Shown piece by piece: positions 43,581-53,173 of a DNA stretch of 64,000 bases. The DNA is from Patescibacteria group bacterium. Lineage in GTDB: Bacteria; Patescibacteriota; Patescibacteriia; UBA9570; JAHJKD01. Location of the stretch: NCBI GenBank assembly GCA_043798935.1, contig JAZDOC010000017.1:381-64380 (forward strand), given 5' to 3'. The notes beneath the pieces were generated by a model. The model did not search any database. It was not told the origin of the DNA and saw nothing but the letters and a program-made list of their open reading frames with translations. The translations under genes were made by a program, and so were the position numbers. Position 1 is the first letter of the stretch. Each line of letters starts with the position of its first letter.

Positions 43581-44140
43581 TTCTTATAATCGATAATTAC
43601 GATTCTTTTACTTATAATTTGTATCAGCAAATTGCCGGCTTAGGTTTTTCAGTACAAGTTATAGCGCAGGATAAAATTACTCTCGGTCAGATAGCTAAAC
43701 TGAATCCAAAAAAAATTATTATTTCTCCGGGTCCAGGGAATCCAGAAACAGCTGGCATTTCTATGGCTGTAATTAAGAAATTTTATAAAATTAAACCGAT
43801 CTTAGGAGTATGCTTGGGGCACCAGTGTATTGGACAGGTTTTTAGTGCTAAGATAATCGGTGCTAAAAGCATTATTCATGGTAAAACCTCTTTAATTTAT
43901 CATGATCACAAGAGTGTTTTTTATGGACTTCGTAGTCCTTTAAAAGTTGCCCGGTATCATTCTTTGGCAATTAACTGCGTACCGGAAAATTTCAATTTAT
44001 TAGCCTGGACTAGAGACAAAGAAATAATGGCCATTGGTCACCAAAAGTACCCATTAATTGGAGTGCAATTTCATCCCGAATCTTTTTTAACCGAGAAGGG
44101 AAATATTATAATGAAAAATTTTTTATATGCAAAAAAATAA
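43577..44140 (+). CDS. pabA: Aminodeoxychorismate/anthranilate synthase component II (glutamine amidotransferase)
   Basis: MILIIDNYDSFTYNLYQ, catalytic GVCLGHQ and HPES. It sits in a folate/pABA context. Confidence 0.85.
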   Translation: MILIIDNYDSFTYNLYQQIAGLGFSVQVIAQDKITLGQIAKLNPKKIIISPGPGNPETAGISMAVIKKFYKIKPILGVCLGHQCIGQVFSAKIIGAKSIIHGKTSLIYHDHKSVFYGLRSPLKVARYHSLAINCVPENFNLLAWTRDKEIMAIGHQKYPLIGVQFHPESFLTEKGNIIMKNFLYAKK

Positions 44141-45284
44141 TCCGGTAGAAACATTTTTAAATTTACCAGCGTCAGCAAAAAATGTTTGTTTTTTGCATAG
44201 CCAACATAAAAGTATATTGGCCTATAATCCGGTAGCGAAATTTTCATCATTAAACAATATTAATGATTTTTATAAATTTGCCTCACAACATAAAGATAAA
44301 AAAATTATTGGTTTTATGAGTTATGATACGGCGTATAATTTATATAATATAAAACCCCAAGCGAAAAACGATTTGCATTTACCAAATATTTATTTTTTAG
44401 CATTTAGCGCTTGGCAGGAATTTAAAAATCCTAACATGGATTTCAATTTACCATTAAAAAAATATTCATCAGTAAACTTCCATCCGGTTATAAAACCAAC
44501 ACAGTACAAACAATCCTATCAAAAAATTAAAAAATACATTGAGCAAGGAGAAGTGTATCAGATTAATCTGACGCATCGTTTAGAAGGAAAAAGCGATATG
44601 CCGGCGCGGATTTTATTTGCTAACATTATTAAAACCAACCCCGCTGATTATTTAGCCTACATTGAAGGTGACGGATTTGAAGTATTGAGCGCTTCACCGG
44701 AAAGATTCATTAAAATCAAAAATAAGACAATTGAAACTTGCCCCATTAAAGGCACCCGGCCTCGCGGTAAAACCAAAGCTAAGGACTTGGCGTTAAAAAA
44801 GGAATTATTAGCAAGCATCAAAGAAGCGGCTGAGCTAAACATGATTACAGATTTATTGCGAAATGATTTAGGACAGGTAGCAAAAATTGGTAGCGTAAAA
44901 TTAGTTGGACATCGATTAATTAGTTCTTGCCCCACGGTCTGGCATACATATAGCCGGATTGTAGCTAAAATCGCCCTAAACCCGATTCAGGCACTTATTA
45001 CAATGCTACCAGGAGGATCAATTACAGGTTGTCCGAAAAAAAGAGCTTTTGAAATTATTGATGAATTAGAACCAGTTCGTCGCGGTATATACACTGGTGT
45101 TATTGGTCATATTGATCCTAAAACACAGAATTTAGATTTTAACATTGCCATCAGAACTGTAATTAAAAAGAAACATAAATTATATTTGCAGGTGGGCGGG
45201 GGGATAGTGTATGATTCTAAAGAGAAGGATGAATGGCAGGAGACTTTGGATAAAGCTCAATCGTTTATGAAAATTTTAAAATAG
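44127..45284 (+). CDS. pabB: Aminodeoxychorismate synthase component I (chorismate-binding)
   Basis: SPERFIKIKNKTIETCPIKGTRPRG and the chorismate-binding C-terminal domain. It is a short form of 385 aa. Confidence 0.8.
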   Translation: MQKNNPVETFLNLPASAKNVCFLHSQHKSILAYNPVAKFSSLNNINDFYKFASQHKDKKIIGFMSYDTAYNLYNIKPQAKNDLHLPNIYFLAFSAWQEFKNPNMDFNLPLKKYSSVNFHPVIKPTQYKQSYQKIKKYIEQGEVYQINLTHRLEGKSDMPARILFANIIKTNPADYLAYIEGDGFEVLSASPERFIKIKNKTIETCPIKGTRPRGKTKAKDLALKKELLASIKEAAELNMITDLLRNDLGQVAKIGSVKLVGHRLISSCPTVWHTYSRIVAKIALNPIQALITMLPGGSITGCPKKRAFEIIDELEPVRRGIYTGVIGHIDPKTQNLDFNIAIRTVIKKKHKLYLQVGGGIVYDSKEKDEWQETLDKAQSFMKILK

Positions 45285-45290
45285 AAATTT

Positions 45291-46073
45291 ATGATATTGT
45301 TAATTAACAATAAATTTGTTCCCGAAACTAAAGCGGTTCTACCTATTAATTCCAGCATTTTACGTGGTTATGGTGTATTTGAAACACTGCGGGCGTATCC
45401 GGGAGCAAAGTTTTTTTTAGCTCAAAAACACATTGAACGTTTATTGGAAAGCGCAAAAAAAATTAATATTAAAATTACATATACTCCAAAACAGTTGCAG
45501 GCAATGCTTAAAAAAATAGCCAGTGTTCATTGTAAGCAAAATCAGTCAATCAGAATTATTGCATTACCAGAAATATTAATTTTAACAGCCGAAAACATAA
45601 CAGTACCAAATAAAATTTATAAAGGCGTAAAATGCATGAGTGTGTGCTGCGGACGTGCTTTACCGGAAATAAAATCCATCTCCTATCTGGCTTCTTTTAT
45701 TAGTCATGAGCGGGCAGCTAAATATGGCAATTATGATGCAGTTTTAACTGATGAAAAAGAATTTGTTTACGAGGGAGCATATAGTAATTTATTTTGGTTT
45801 GAGAAAAATACATTATGTACACGTCAGGATAAAATTCTTCCCGGAATAACCAGGTGGGTAATTTTACAAATTTGGCCTGGCCCGGTGAAATTGAAAAATA
45901 TTAAATTAAGTGAGTTATGTAAAAAATCAGAAATTTTTTTAACGTCCAGTTTGAAGAATATCGTACCGGTTATTAAAATAGATAAGCATATTATTGGTAG
46001 CGGGCAAGTTGGAAAGAGCACCATTAAATTAATGAATTTATTTAATCAATATATTAAGAAGACATTAAAATAA
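45291..46073 (+). CDS. pabC: Aminodeoxychorismate lyase / class IV aminotransferase
   Basis: GYGVFETLRAY fold-type IV PLP motif and its position after pabAB. Confidence 0.65.
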   Translation: MILLINNKFVPETKAVLPINSSILRGYGVFETLRAYPGAKFFLAQKHIERLLESAKKINIKITYTPKQLQAMLKKIASVHCKQNQSIRIIALPEILILTAENITVPNKIYKGVKCMSVCCGRALPEIKSISYLASFISHERAAKYGNYDAVLTDEKEFVYEGAYSNLFWFEKNTLCTRQDKILPGITRWVILQIWPGPVKLKNIKLSELCKKSEIFLTSSLKNIVPVIKIDKHIIGSGQVGKSTIKLMNLFNQYIKKTLK

Positions 46074-46123
46074 TTGCATAAATAATTGAAAATAATTGAG
46101 AACGTAAGGAATATAATAAAATT

Positions 46124-46165
46124 TAAAACAGTAGAGACGCGATTAATCGCGTCTCTACTGTTTTA
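46124..46165. terminator. Bidirectional intrinsic terminator: 18-bp perfect palindrome AAAACAGTAGAGACGCGA-TTAA-TCGCGTCTCTACTGTTTT
   Basis: Lies between pabC (+) and the 3' end of tRNA-Met (-), with an A-tract and T-tract on the two sides. Confidence 0.7.
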
Positions 46166-46177
46166 TGAGTCGAAGTG

Positions 46178-46249
46178 TTGCGGGGGTGGGAGTCGAACCC
46201 ACGACCTGCTGGTTATGAGCCAGCCGAGCTGCCACTGCTCTACCCCGCG
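46178..46249 (-). tRNA. tRNA-Met (anticodon CAT), initiator-like; CCA not encoded
   Basis: Manual fold gives a 7-bp acceptor stem with a C1·A72 mismatch, an A11:U24 pair, anticodon loop CUCAUAA, a 5-nt variable loop and T-loop TTCGACT. It is close to E. coli tRNA-fMet: CGCGGGG...CUCAUAA...CCCCCGCAA. Confidence 0.8.
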
Positions 46250-46282
46250 CTATGCTTAAACTATATTAAAGTATATGGCTCA

Positions 46283-47188
46283 TTATGTCAAATTATCGCA
46301 TTTATTTTTCCATTCATTATAATATAATTCACGTCGATCAAGCGGATATAATTTTAACATTGAATCATTAATAATAACGCGTGTATCTTTGTTCATTATT
46401 TTTTTTAATTCGGGTGATAGAGTCCGAAGCTGAATTTTTTTGTACAATTTGTCAAAAGAAAATAATTCTAATAATTTTTTCAGCCATCGCTCTAAAAAGC
46501 TTAATTTTATTTTTCGTCGGTCAGATAAAATCATGGGTTGCCAATTGGAAAGAGTTTTTTTAACCCAGGTATTTTGGCCAATAAATTTTTCCATGTAAGC
46601 ACCTTCATCATAAATAGGCATCAACTGAGTAATCCAGAATTTTAAATAAATATCATTGTCTAAGCATTGCAGGCTTTCTAAATTTAAATTATCTTCGGAA
46701 ATAAAAAAACTTAAACAAATAGTATTTTTTGTTTTTAGCTTAGTCGGCCGTAATTTAAGCAAGCTTACTAAGCCGGTCACGAAAAATCTAGTAGTCCAGG
46801 AATATTGGTTATCGGTAATAATGAATAAATCAATATCACTGGCATCGCGGGCATTACCGTAGGCTAGGGAATTGCAAACAGCAATCATTTTAACGTGCGG
46901 CATCATGGCTAATAAGCGTAAAATGAAACCACGCGAATTAAATTTATTTTCCGTAATTAAATAGCGTTTGGCGCGAGTTTCAATACATGATTCTCGCCCA
47001 GTTAAAAAATATAACCCATCTTTTTTAGTTACTTCGGAAATTTTTGTTAGCGCAGTATGTAAATCAGATAAACTGATTTTTTCCGGAAAATCAATTAACC
47101 ATTTATGTATTTCGAGTAATGTAAGCGGGTATTCGAAAATATCAAAATAAGCCAGAGTTTTTAATATACTACGCTTGATATTTTTCAT
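46283..47188 (-). CDS. Hypothetical protein with N-terminal winged-helix-like region and polymerase-beta-type nucleotidyltransferase motif
   Basis: AYGNARDASDIDLFIITD fits the NTase pattern hG[GS]x(n)DhDh. The 301-aa ORF lies between tRNA-Met and uvrA. Confidence 0.4.
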   Translation of the reverse strand: MKNIKRSILKTLAYFDIFEYPLTLLEIHKWLIDFPEKISLSDLHTALTKISEVTKKDGLYFLTGRESCIETRAKRYLITENKFNSRGFILRLLAMMPHVKMIAVCNSLAYGNARDASDIDLFIITDNQYSWTTRFFVTGLVSLLKLRPTKLKTKNTICLSFFISEDNLNLESLQCLDNDIYLKFWITQLMPIYDEGAYMEKFIGQNTWVKKTLSNWQPMILSDRRKIKLSFLERWLKKLLELFSFDKLYKKIQLRTLSPELKKIMNKDTRVIINDSMLKLYPLDRRELYYNEWKNKCDNLT

Positions 47189-47197
47189 AAAAATTAG

Positions 47198-50020
47198 TTA
47201 AATAATTTTTTTCAGATACTGGCCTGTATAGGAATTAGCAATCTTGGCTATGTCTTTTGGTGTTCCGGCGCCGACCACTATACCACCTTTATCGCCACCT
47301 TCGGGGCCCATGTCGATTATCCAGTCAGCCGATTTGATAACATCTAAATTATGTTCGATTACTAAAACGCTGTTGCCTTTATCAACTAATTTATTTAGAA
47401 CCAGTAATAATTTTTTTACATCTTCAAAATGCAAGCCGGTTGTAGGTTCGTCTAAAATATAAAGTGTTTTTCCGGTTGAACGGCGAGAAAGTTCCGAGGC
47501 TAGTTTTACTCTTTGGGCTTCACCACCGGAAAGAGTGTTAGCATTTTGGCCTAAAGTAATATAGCCTAAGCACACATCGCGCAGGGTTTGTAATTTTTCT
47601 TTAATAACTGCAATATTAGAAAAGAAATAATAAGCTTCTTCTACAGTCATTTCTAACACATTAGAAATGTTTTTACCGCGATAATGAATTTCCAGGGCTT
47701 GGTTATTATATCTTTTACCACTGCATTCATCGCATTTTACATAAACATCAGGCAAAAAATGCATTTCGATTTTTTGCATGCCATCACCCTGACAGGTTTC
47801 ACAGCGGCCACCTTTAACATTAAAAGAGAAACGGCCAGCTTTATAGCCACGCATTTTAGCTTCGGGGATTTGAGTAAATAAATCACGGATATATGTGAAT
47901 ACGCCTGTATAAGTAGCCGGATTAGAACGCGGTGTGCGCCCGATTGGTGATTGATCAATATGAATTACTTTGTCTAAATTTTCCAATCCCGCAATTTCTT
48001 GGTGCTTGCCGGCTAAGTCTTTGGAGTTATAAAAATGTCGTGATAGGGCTTTAGCTAGAATCTCGGTCATAAGAGTAGATTTTCCGGATCCGGAAACACC
48101 AGTGATACAAACGAGTTTGGCTAAAGGAATTTCCACATCGATTTTTTTCAAATTAAATTCTTCGGCTTTTTTAATAATAATATTTTTTTTATTACCCGGG
48201 CGATATTTTTTCGGACTAGGAATACTTACTCGGCCAGATAAATACTGCCCGGTTAAAGATTTTTTATTTTTCTTGATATCATCTGGACTGCCGGTGGCAA
48301 TAATTTCTCCGCCATCTTTTCCGGCACCCGGGCCAATATCAATCACCCAGTCGGCAGCTAAAATGGTTTCTTCATCATGCTCAACAACAATAACAGTGTT
48401 ATTCAGTTCTTTTAGTTTTTTCAATGTTTCAATTAATTTTTTATTATCTTTTTGATGTAACCCAATAGAAGGTTCATCTAAAATATAAATTACGCCGGTT
48501 AATGATGAGCCGATTTGAGTGGCTAAACGAATGCGTTGGGCTTCGCCACCAGAAAGCGTGGAAGCGCCACGATCTAAAGTTAAATAATCCAAACCAACTT
48601 TTTGTAAGAAATCTAAACGTAATTTGATTTCTTTTAAAATTTGGTGGGCAATTTTTTGTTGGCGATCATCTAATTTAATATTTATAAACCAGTTTATGGT
48701 TTTATCAATGGGCAGACAAGTGACGTCGGAGATACTCTGATCATTTATCGTGACTGATAAAGATGATTTTTTTAGACGTTGGCCATGACAAGCTGGGCAT
48801 TGAAAGATGCGCATATAGCGTTCGATTTCAGAACGAATATATTCGGATTCGGTTTCTTTATATCGACGGTCTAAATTAGGAATCACTCCTTCGTAAGTAG
48901 AATAAAATTCTTTAGCTTTATTTAAACCAAAAGGTGCATTTACATCGTAAGTTTGTGTGCCGGTTCCATATAGCACAATATCTAACGCTTTGCGACTTAA
49001 ATCTTTAATTGGTACGCGAGTTGAAAAACCATTTAAGTTGGCCACTTCTTCTAAAATTCTCATCATCCAGGCTTGGTTGGATGAAGTGCGCGACCATGGC
49101 CTAATTGCCCCTTCAGCTAAAGATAATTTTTTATTGGGAATTACTAATTCGGGATCAACTTCGAGCTTTGTGCCTAGCCCTGTACAATTCGGACAAGCAC
49201 CGTGCGGGCTGTTAAAAGAAAAAATGCGTGGTTCAATTTCAATTAATGAAATATCGCATTTGGGGCACGAATAATATTCGCTGAATAAAAAATCTTTTTC
49301 TAGTTTGGAATCATGAATAATCACTAAACCGTTAGCCAGTTCTAAAGCTGTTTCAATAGATTCTTTTAATTTATCTTTATTGGTTTTGTTTTTATCGATA
49401 CGATCAACAACAATGTCGATATTATGTTTTTTTAATTTATCTAAACTTAAATCTTCAGCTTCATCTATAGAATATAAAATATTGTCTACACGAATTCTAG
49501 TATAACCGGCTTTTCTGGCTTCAGAAAAAACAGCTCGGTGTTCACCTTTTTTATCGCGAATGATGGGTGCTACTACCATAATATCATCACCAAGCCCGGA
49601 AACTTTAGCGATAATTTGTTTTAAACTTTGTTTGGCAATTTCCTGACCGCATGAAGGGCAGTGTGGTGTACCTACGCGGGCAAATAATAAACGTAAATAA
49701 TCATAAATTTCTGTAATAGTACCAACAGTAGAACGAGGGTTATGCGAAACAGTTCTTTGGTCTATGGATATGGCCGGAGACAAGCCATCGATTTGATCCA
49801 CATCGGGCTTATCCATTAAACCTAAAAATTGTTTAGCGTAAGAAGACAAGCTTTCCACGTAGCGGCGTTGTCCTTCGGCGTAGATGGTATCGAAGGCCAG
49901 GGAAGATTTACCACTGCCGGACAAACCGGTAATCACCACTAATTGATTCCGCGGAATATTAATGTCGATATTTTTTAAATTATGAACGCGGGCGCCTTTA
50001 ATGGATATTTGTGGATGCAT
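47198..50020 (-). CDS. uvrA: Excinuclease ABC subunit A
   Basis: Two ABC modules with [14 protein letters not shown] and [10 protein letters not shown], plus zinc-finger Cys clusters; 940 aa. Confidence 0.97.
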   Translation of the reverse strand: MHPQISIKGARVHNLKNIDINIPRNQLVVITGLSGSGKSSLAFDTIYAEGQRRYVESLSSYAKQFLGLMDKPDVDQIDGLSPAISIDQRTVSHNPRSTVGTITEIYDYLRLLFARVGTPHCPSCGQEIAKQSLKQIIAKVSGLGDDIMVVAPIIRDKKGEHRAVFSEARKAGYTRIRVDNILYSIDEAEDLSLDKLKKHNIDIVVDRIDKNKTNKDKLKESIETALELANGLVIIHDSKLEKDFLFSEYYSCPKCDISLIEIEPRIFSFNSPHGACPNCTGLGTKLEVDPELVIPNKKLSLAEGAIRPWSRTSSNQAWMMRILEEVANLNGFSTRVPIKDLSRKALDIVLYGTGTQTYDVNAPFGLNKAKEFYSTYEGVIPNLDRRYKETESEYIRSEIERYMRIFQCPACHGQRLKKSSLSVTINDQSISDVTCLPIDKTINWFINIKLDDRQQKIAHQILKEIKLRLDFLQKVGLDYLTLDRGASTLSGGEAQRIRLATQIGSSLTGVIYILDEPSIGLHQKDNKKLIETLKKLKELNNTVIVVEHDEETILAADWVIDIGPGAGKDGGEIIATGSPDDIKKNKKSLTGQYLSGRVSIPSPKKYRPGNKKNIIIKKAEEFNLKKIDVEIPLAKLVCITGVSGSGKSTLMTEILAKALSRHFYNSKDLAGKHQEIAGLENLDKVIHIDQSPIGRTPRSNPATYTGVFTYIRDLFTQIPEAKMRGYKAGRFSFNVKGGRCETCQGDGMQKIEMHFLPDVYVKCDECSGKRYNNQALEIHYRGKNISNVLEMTVEEAYYFFSNIAVIKEKLQTLRDVCLGYITLGQNANTLSGGEAQRVKLASELSRRSTGKTLYILDEPTTGLHFEDVKKLLLVLNKLVDKGNSVLVIEHNLDVIKSADWIIDMGPEGGDKGGIVVGAGTPKDIAKIANSYTGQYLKKII

Positions 50021-50141
50021 ATTTTTGTAGGTAATTAATAATTTGAACTAAGATATTATAAAGCATAACTAGTGTCTGGTCAAGCATTGCGTGCAAAAAA
50101 AATCAGACCAATTTATGGCCTGATAGAATAATGTTATTCTT

Positions 50142-51125
50142 TTAATTAAGCAAAGTGTATTGGCGTGGTGTTTTATCGAATAAAACAACATCGATAGCAT
50201 CAAGTAAACCATTGAATTGCTGTAATTCATCGGTGCTGAAATGCGCAACATAAGGATTTCCTGGATCATCAACGTTGCCAAAAACTAAGTATAAGCCACC
50301 ATCCACAGCTTTTACTATATGAAGTTTATTGTATTCAGTTTGTCCTAAATCATAAATGGATCGGCCTTTGTCGATTGTGGCCAAAACTTCAATTATTTGG
50401 GATTCATTTTGGAAAGCTTCACTTGGCTCGGTATGATCCTCATTATTTATTTGGTTTGTTTCAGGAGCATCAACCATGTTATGAGCAGATTCATTTGTGG
50501 CTTCAGAGTTGTTTTTTATTTCAGGTTGCTGTGTAGGAGTAGAATTAAAATCCGGCCTTACCTCTGGTTTTAATGGAGAAAGTTTTTGTTCTAAGTCGTA
50601 AATAATTTTTTGGATGTTGGCTAAATCAGAAACCGTGGCTACATCACTGTTTTTTAATTTTGCAGATATGGCTTTAGCTTGTTCTAATTGTTTGTCTAAG
50701 GGTAATGAAGAGTCAACATCGTTTGAGATAGCTTTGTTAACTACGGGTTTATTATTTTCTGGAATTACAGAAACGGGTATAATTTTTGGAGCTGGCATCG
50801 GCTCGGCTGGTGCTGGCTTTGATTCTTTAGGGGCTGAAGGAGTTGAAACCGTCGAGCCCGAAGTAATTTTTTGCATTTCAGCAGCTAATTTGTCTATTTT
50901 ATTTTGAAGACGCTCTTCCGACATCTCGGCCATGCTCTCGGCTTTTTTTAAAAAGGCGGCCTCGTTTTCAACTCCTTCTCTTTCTTTGTTAAAAACATCT
51001 AAATTTTCTTTTAGATTATTCCATTTGTTTTGGGCCACAGCTCTGATTTGTGGATCAGGATACAGCGCTTCCCAAGTAGGTTCTAGAATAGTGTTTTGGT
51101 TATTTTTTTGGTTATTATCAGACAT
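50142..51125 (-). CDS. Hypothetical protein (coiled-coil N-terminus, Pro/Ala-rich linker, globular C-terminal domain)
   Basis: 327 aa with no recognised motif. Confidence 0.4.
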   Translation of the reverse strand: MSDNNQKNNQNTILEPTWEALYPDPQIRAVAQNKWNNLKENLDVFNKEREGVENEAAFLKKAESMAEMSEERLQNKIDKLAAEMQKITSGSTVSTPSAPKESKPAPAEPMPAPKIIPVSVIPENNKPVVNKAISNDVDSSLPLDKQLEQAKAISAKLKNSDVATVSDLANIQKIIYDLEQKLSPLKPEVRPDFNSTPTQQPEIKNNSEATNESAHNMVDAPETNQINNEDHTEPSEAFQNESQIIEVLATIDKGRSIYDLGQTEYNKLHIVKAVDGGLYLVFGNVDDPGNPYVAHFSTDELQQFNGLLDAIDVVLFDKTPRQYTLLN

Positions 51126-51195
51126 AAATAAAAATGAAGAACTTAATCCTAAGTTTCTGAATTATACCGAATTGTTTTAATTAAGTAAAGGCTTA

Positions 51196-53132
51196 CTAAA
51201 TATTTTCAATGGTAGTATTTTGTTCAACCAAAACTCTCTCTAATAGAGCAATTAATTCTTGATAATATTCAGGAGTCTCCTTGGTGTTTGGAAGATTAGC
51301 TAGATTATTTTCGGCTCTCTTTTTTTGTGCAACTAATTCTCTAGTATTTTTATCAAGTACTCGTTTCCAAAGTGGCAAATCTTTAACAGATTTTTGTAAA
51401 TTATAAAATTCAATTACTAGTTTGCGTTGATGTTCAGGTATTTGCAGCCATCTTTCATAGGCACTAAGATTGTTAGGCTCTGCTTGCGCAATTTCTTTTT
51501 TAGGTTCTGCTTTTGCTTGTGGCCCATCATTTATTGAAGGAGCGTCAAATACAGGGTCGTCTGTCATTTCCCGCATTATCTCGTCAAAATCTTCAACAGT
51601 AGTAGTACTTGTTTTCGATTCATTATACACTGTTCTAAAATGTCTATCTTGTTGTTTAGCCCTATAAGGCCTTGGTTGTCTGGCTGTCTGAAAAAAGGAT
51701 TGTTCAGTGGGATTAAACAATGCTTCTTGATGGCCTTGATAGTTACCTTGGATAACGCTGGTTAATTCTTGTTCAATATATTGGAGGCTCTGCTTAAGTT
51801 CATGAGCCCGGCCGCGTATTTTTTCTATTAAATGTTTTATGTTTGTAATTTTTCCTTCCATGGCAGACAATTCTCGACTATGGCTTCGGTGGGTTTCCAT
51901 TAAATAATGATGATATTGCTTGGCTTGTTTTTTTAAATCAGGATCACTATAATGGCTTTCCCAATCATAGGCAAGCTCATGCCGATAAGCTATTAATGTG
52001 TCGTCATCTTTATCTGCTTTGCCAACTAAATTTAAAACTGTTTCTCTTAGCAATTGAACCATTATAACCGGATCTCCTTGAGCTTTATCAGCAATTTCCT
52101 GAATTTTTTTAATTCCGCTTAAACGAGATGCTGCGTCTATATTTGTAGAGCCATTTTCATAAGCAGGAATAGCATTAATTCTTAATGGGTCAGTTTCGCC
52201 GTCACAGCTTAATAATACAATATCGCCTTCTTCTAAAGTGAGCGAATGAGTGTTGATTAATACTACCGTTTCTCCCCCAACATCTTGTTCAAGTTTAGTA
52301 TTTTTTTGGGCTTCAATTTGTTCAGGGGCAATTATTTGTTGGTCTAATTTCTTTTGTGTTGCTGAATCTGGCGGAGTGGCAAAAACAACGCAGTAATGAC
52401 CACTGGAATCTTTTCTTAAAACCATTCCAATCGAATCTCCTATCCATGTAAAATTAGCCTGGTTATCAACAATTTCTATATTTAGTAAAGTTGAACCGTT
52501 TCCACGAAAACGAGCCTCTGTAGAGACGGTATCTATACAAGCCTCAACAGCATTTATAATTTGTTGATGTTCTTGAGCCGCTCTGGCAATGTTTGTTGTT
52601 ATTAAAGCACTAACTTCTTGCCCTTTGGAGCCTGTGCTGCGTCCATCAGCAATAGTTAAATTAATAATATAATCACCATGTTCATTGGTTGTTTCAGTAA
52701 TACTTAATGCATCATCGCATTTTCTTTTTTCCGATGACCGGCATCAAAACCAATATGGCTTTCAGCATACACACGGCCATGGCTGGCACGAGCGTCAATA
52801 ATTGTATGATGATTATGATTTTCTAAGCTGTTAATAGTGACTGGATGCTCGGCTAAATTTATAATAGTACGCCTGTCTATATCTGCTGAATTTTGGTTTT
52901 CATTTACATGCCCTGTGTTTATTAATAATCGTGGAGCATCAGGATTAACAACTAAAGATGGTTCTTCAGTAAAATCATCTATAGAACTGGGTGAAATTGG
53001 AGGTTTGGGCGGTCCATCAGGTAATCGACCTGTGCGCTGGTCTGTTGGTGGCGCCTTAGGTATTGGACCTTCAAATGGAGGAGGTGTCATATTGTAATTT
53101 ATTATTAATAATAAATGTTTAAAACAAAACAA
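51196..53132 (-). pseudogene. PP2C-family Ser/Thr protein phosphatase gene interrupted by a frameshift in an A6 homopolymer (about 52725-52730); long coiled-coil C-terminus
   Basis: PP2C motifs LTIADGRSTG, GSTLL...WIGDSIGMVLR, IVLLSCDGETD and DDDTLIAY lie in the frame of ORF 51196-52425. That frame stays open upstream to 52743 but contains no ATG. The upstream ORF 52704-53132 ends with GFDAGHRKKEN (motif-I-like) in another frame. Inserting one A into the run joins them as ...GHRKKRKCDDALSITETT.... Confidence 0.5.
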
Positions 53133-53173
53133 TTTACATGATAATTATAACATTGTCAAGATTAGATAGGCAA

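Noticed and set aside
50142-51125. FHA domain in the 327-aa protein next to the PP2C gene, which would make a kinase/phosphatase/FHA signalling module.
   Set aside because: The C-terminal segment has some GR...D...H spacing but does not fit the FHA core pattern (GR, SR.H, NGT) convincingly. I left it as hypothetical.
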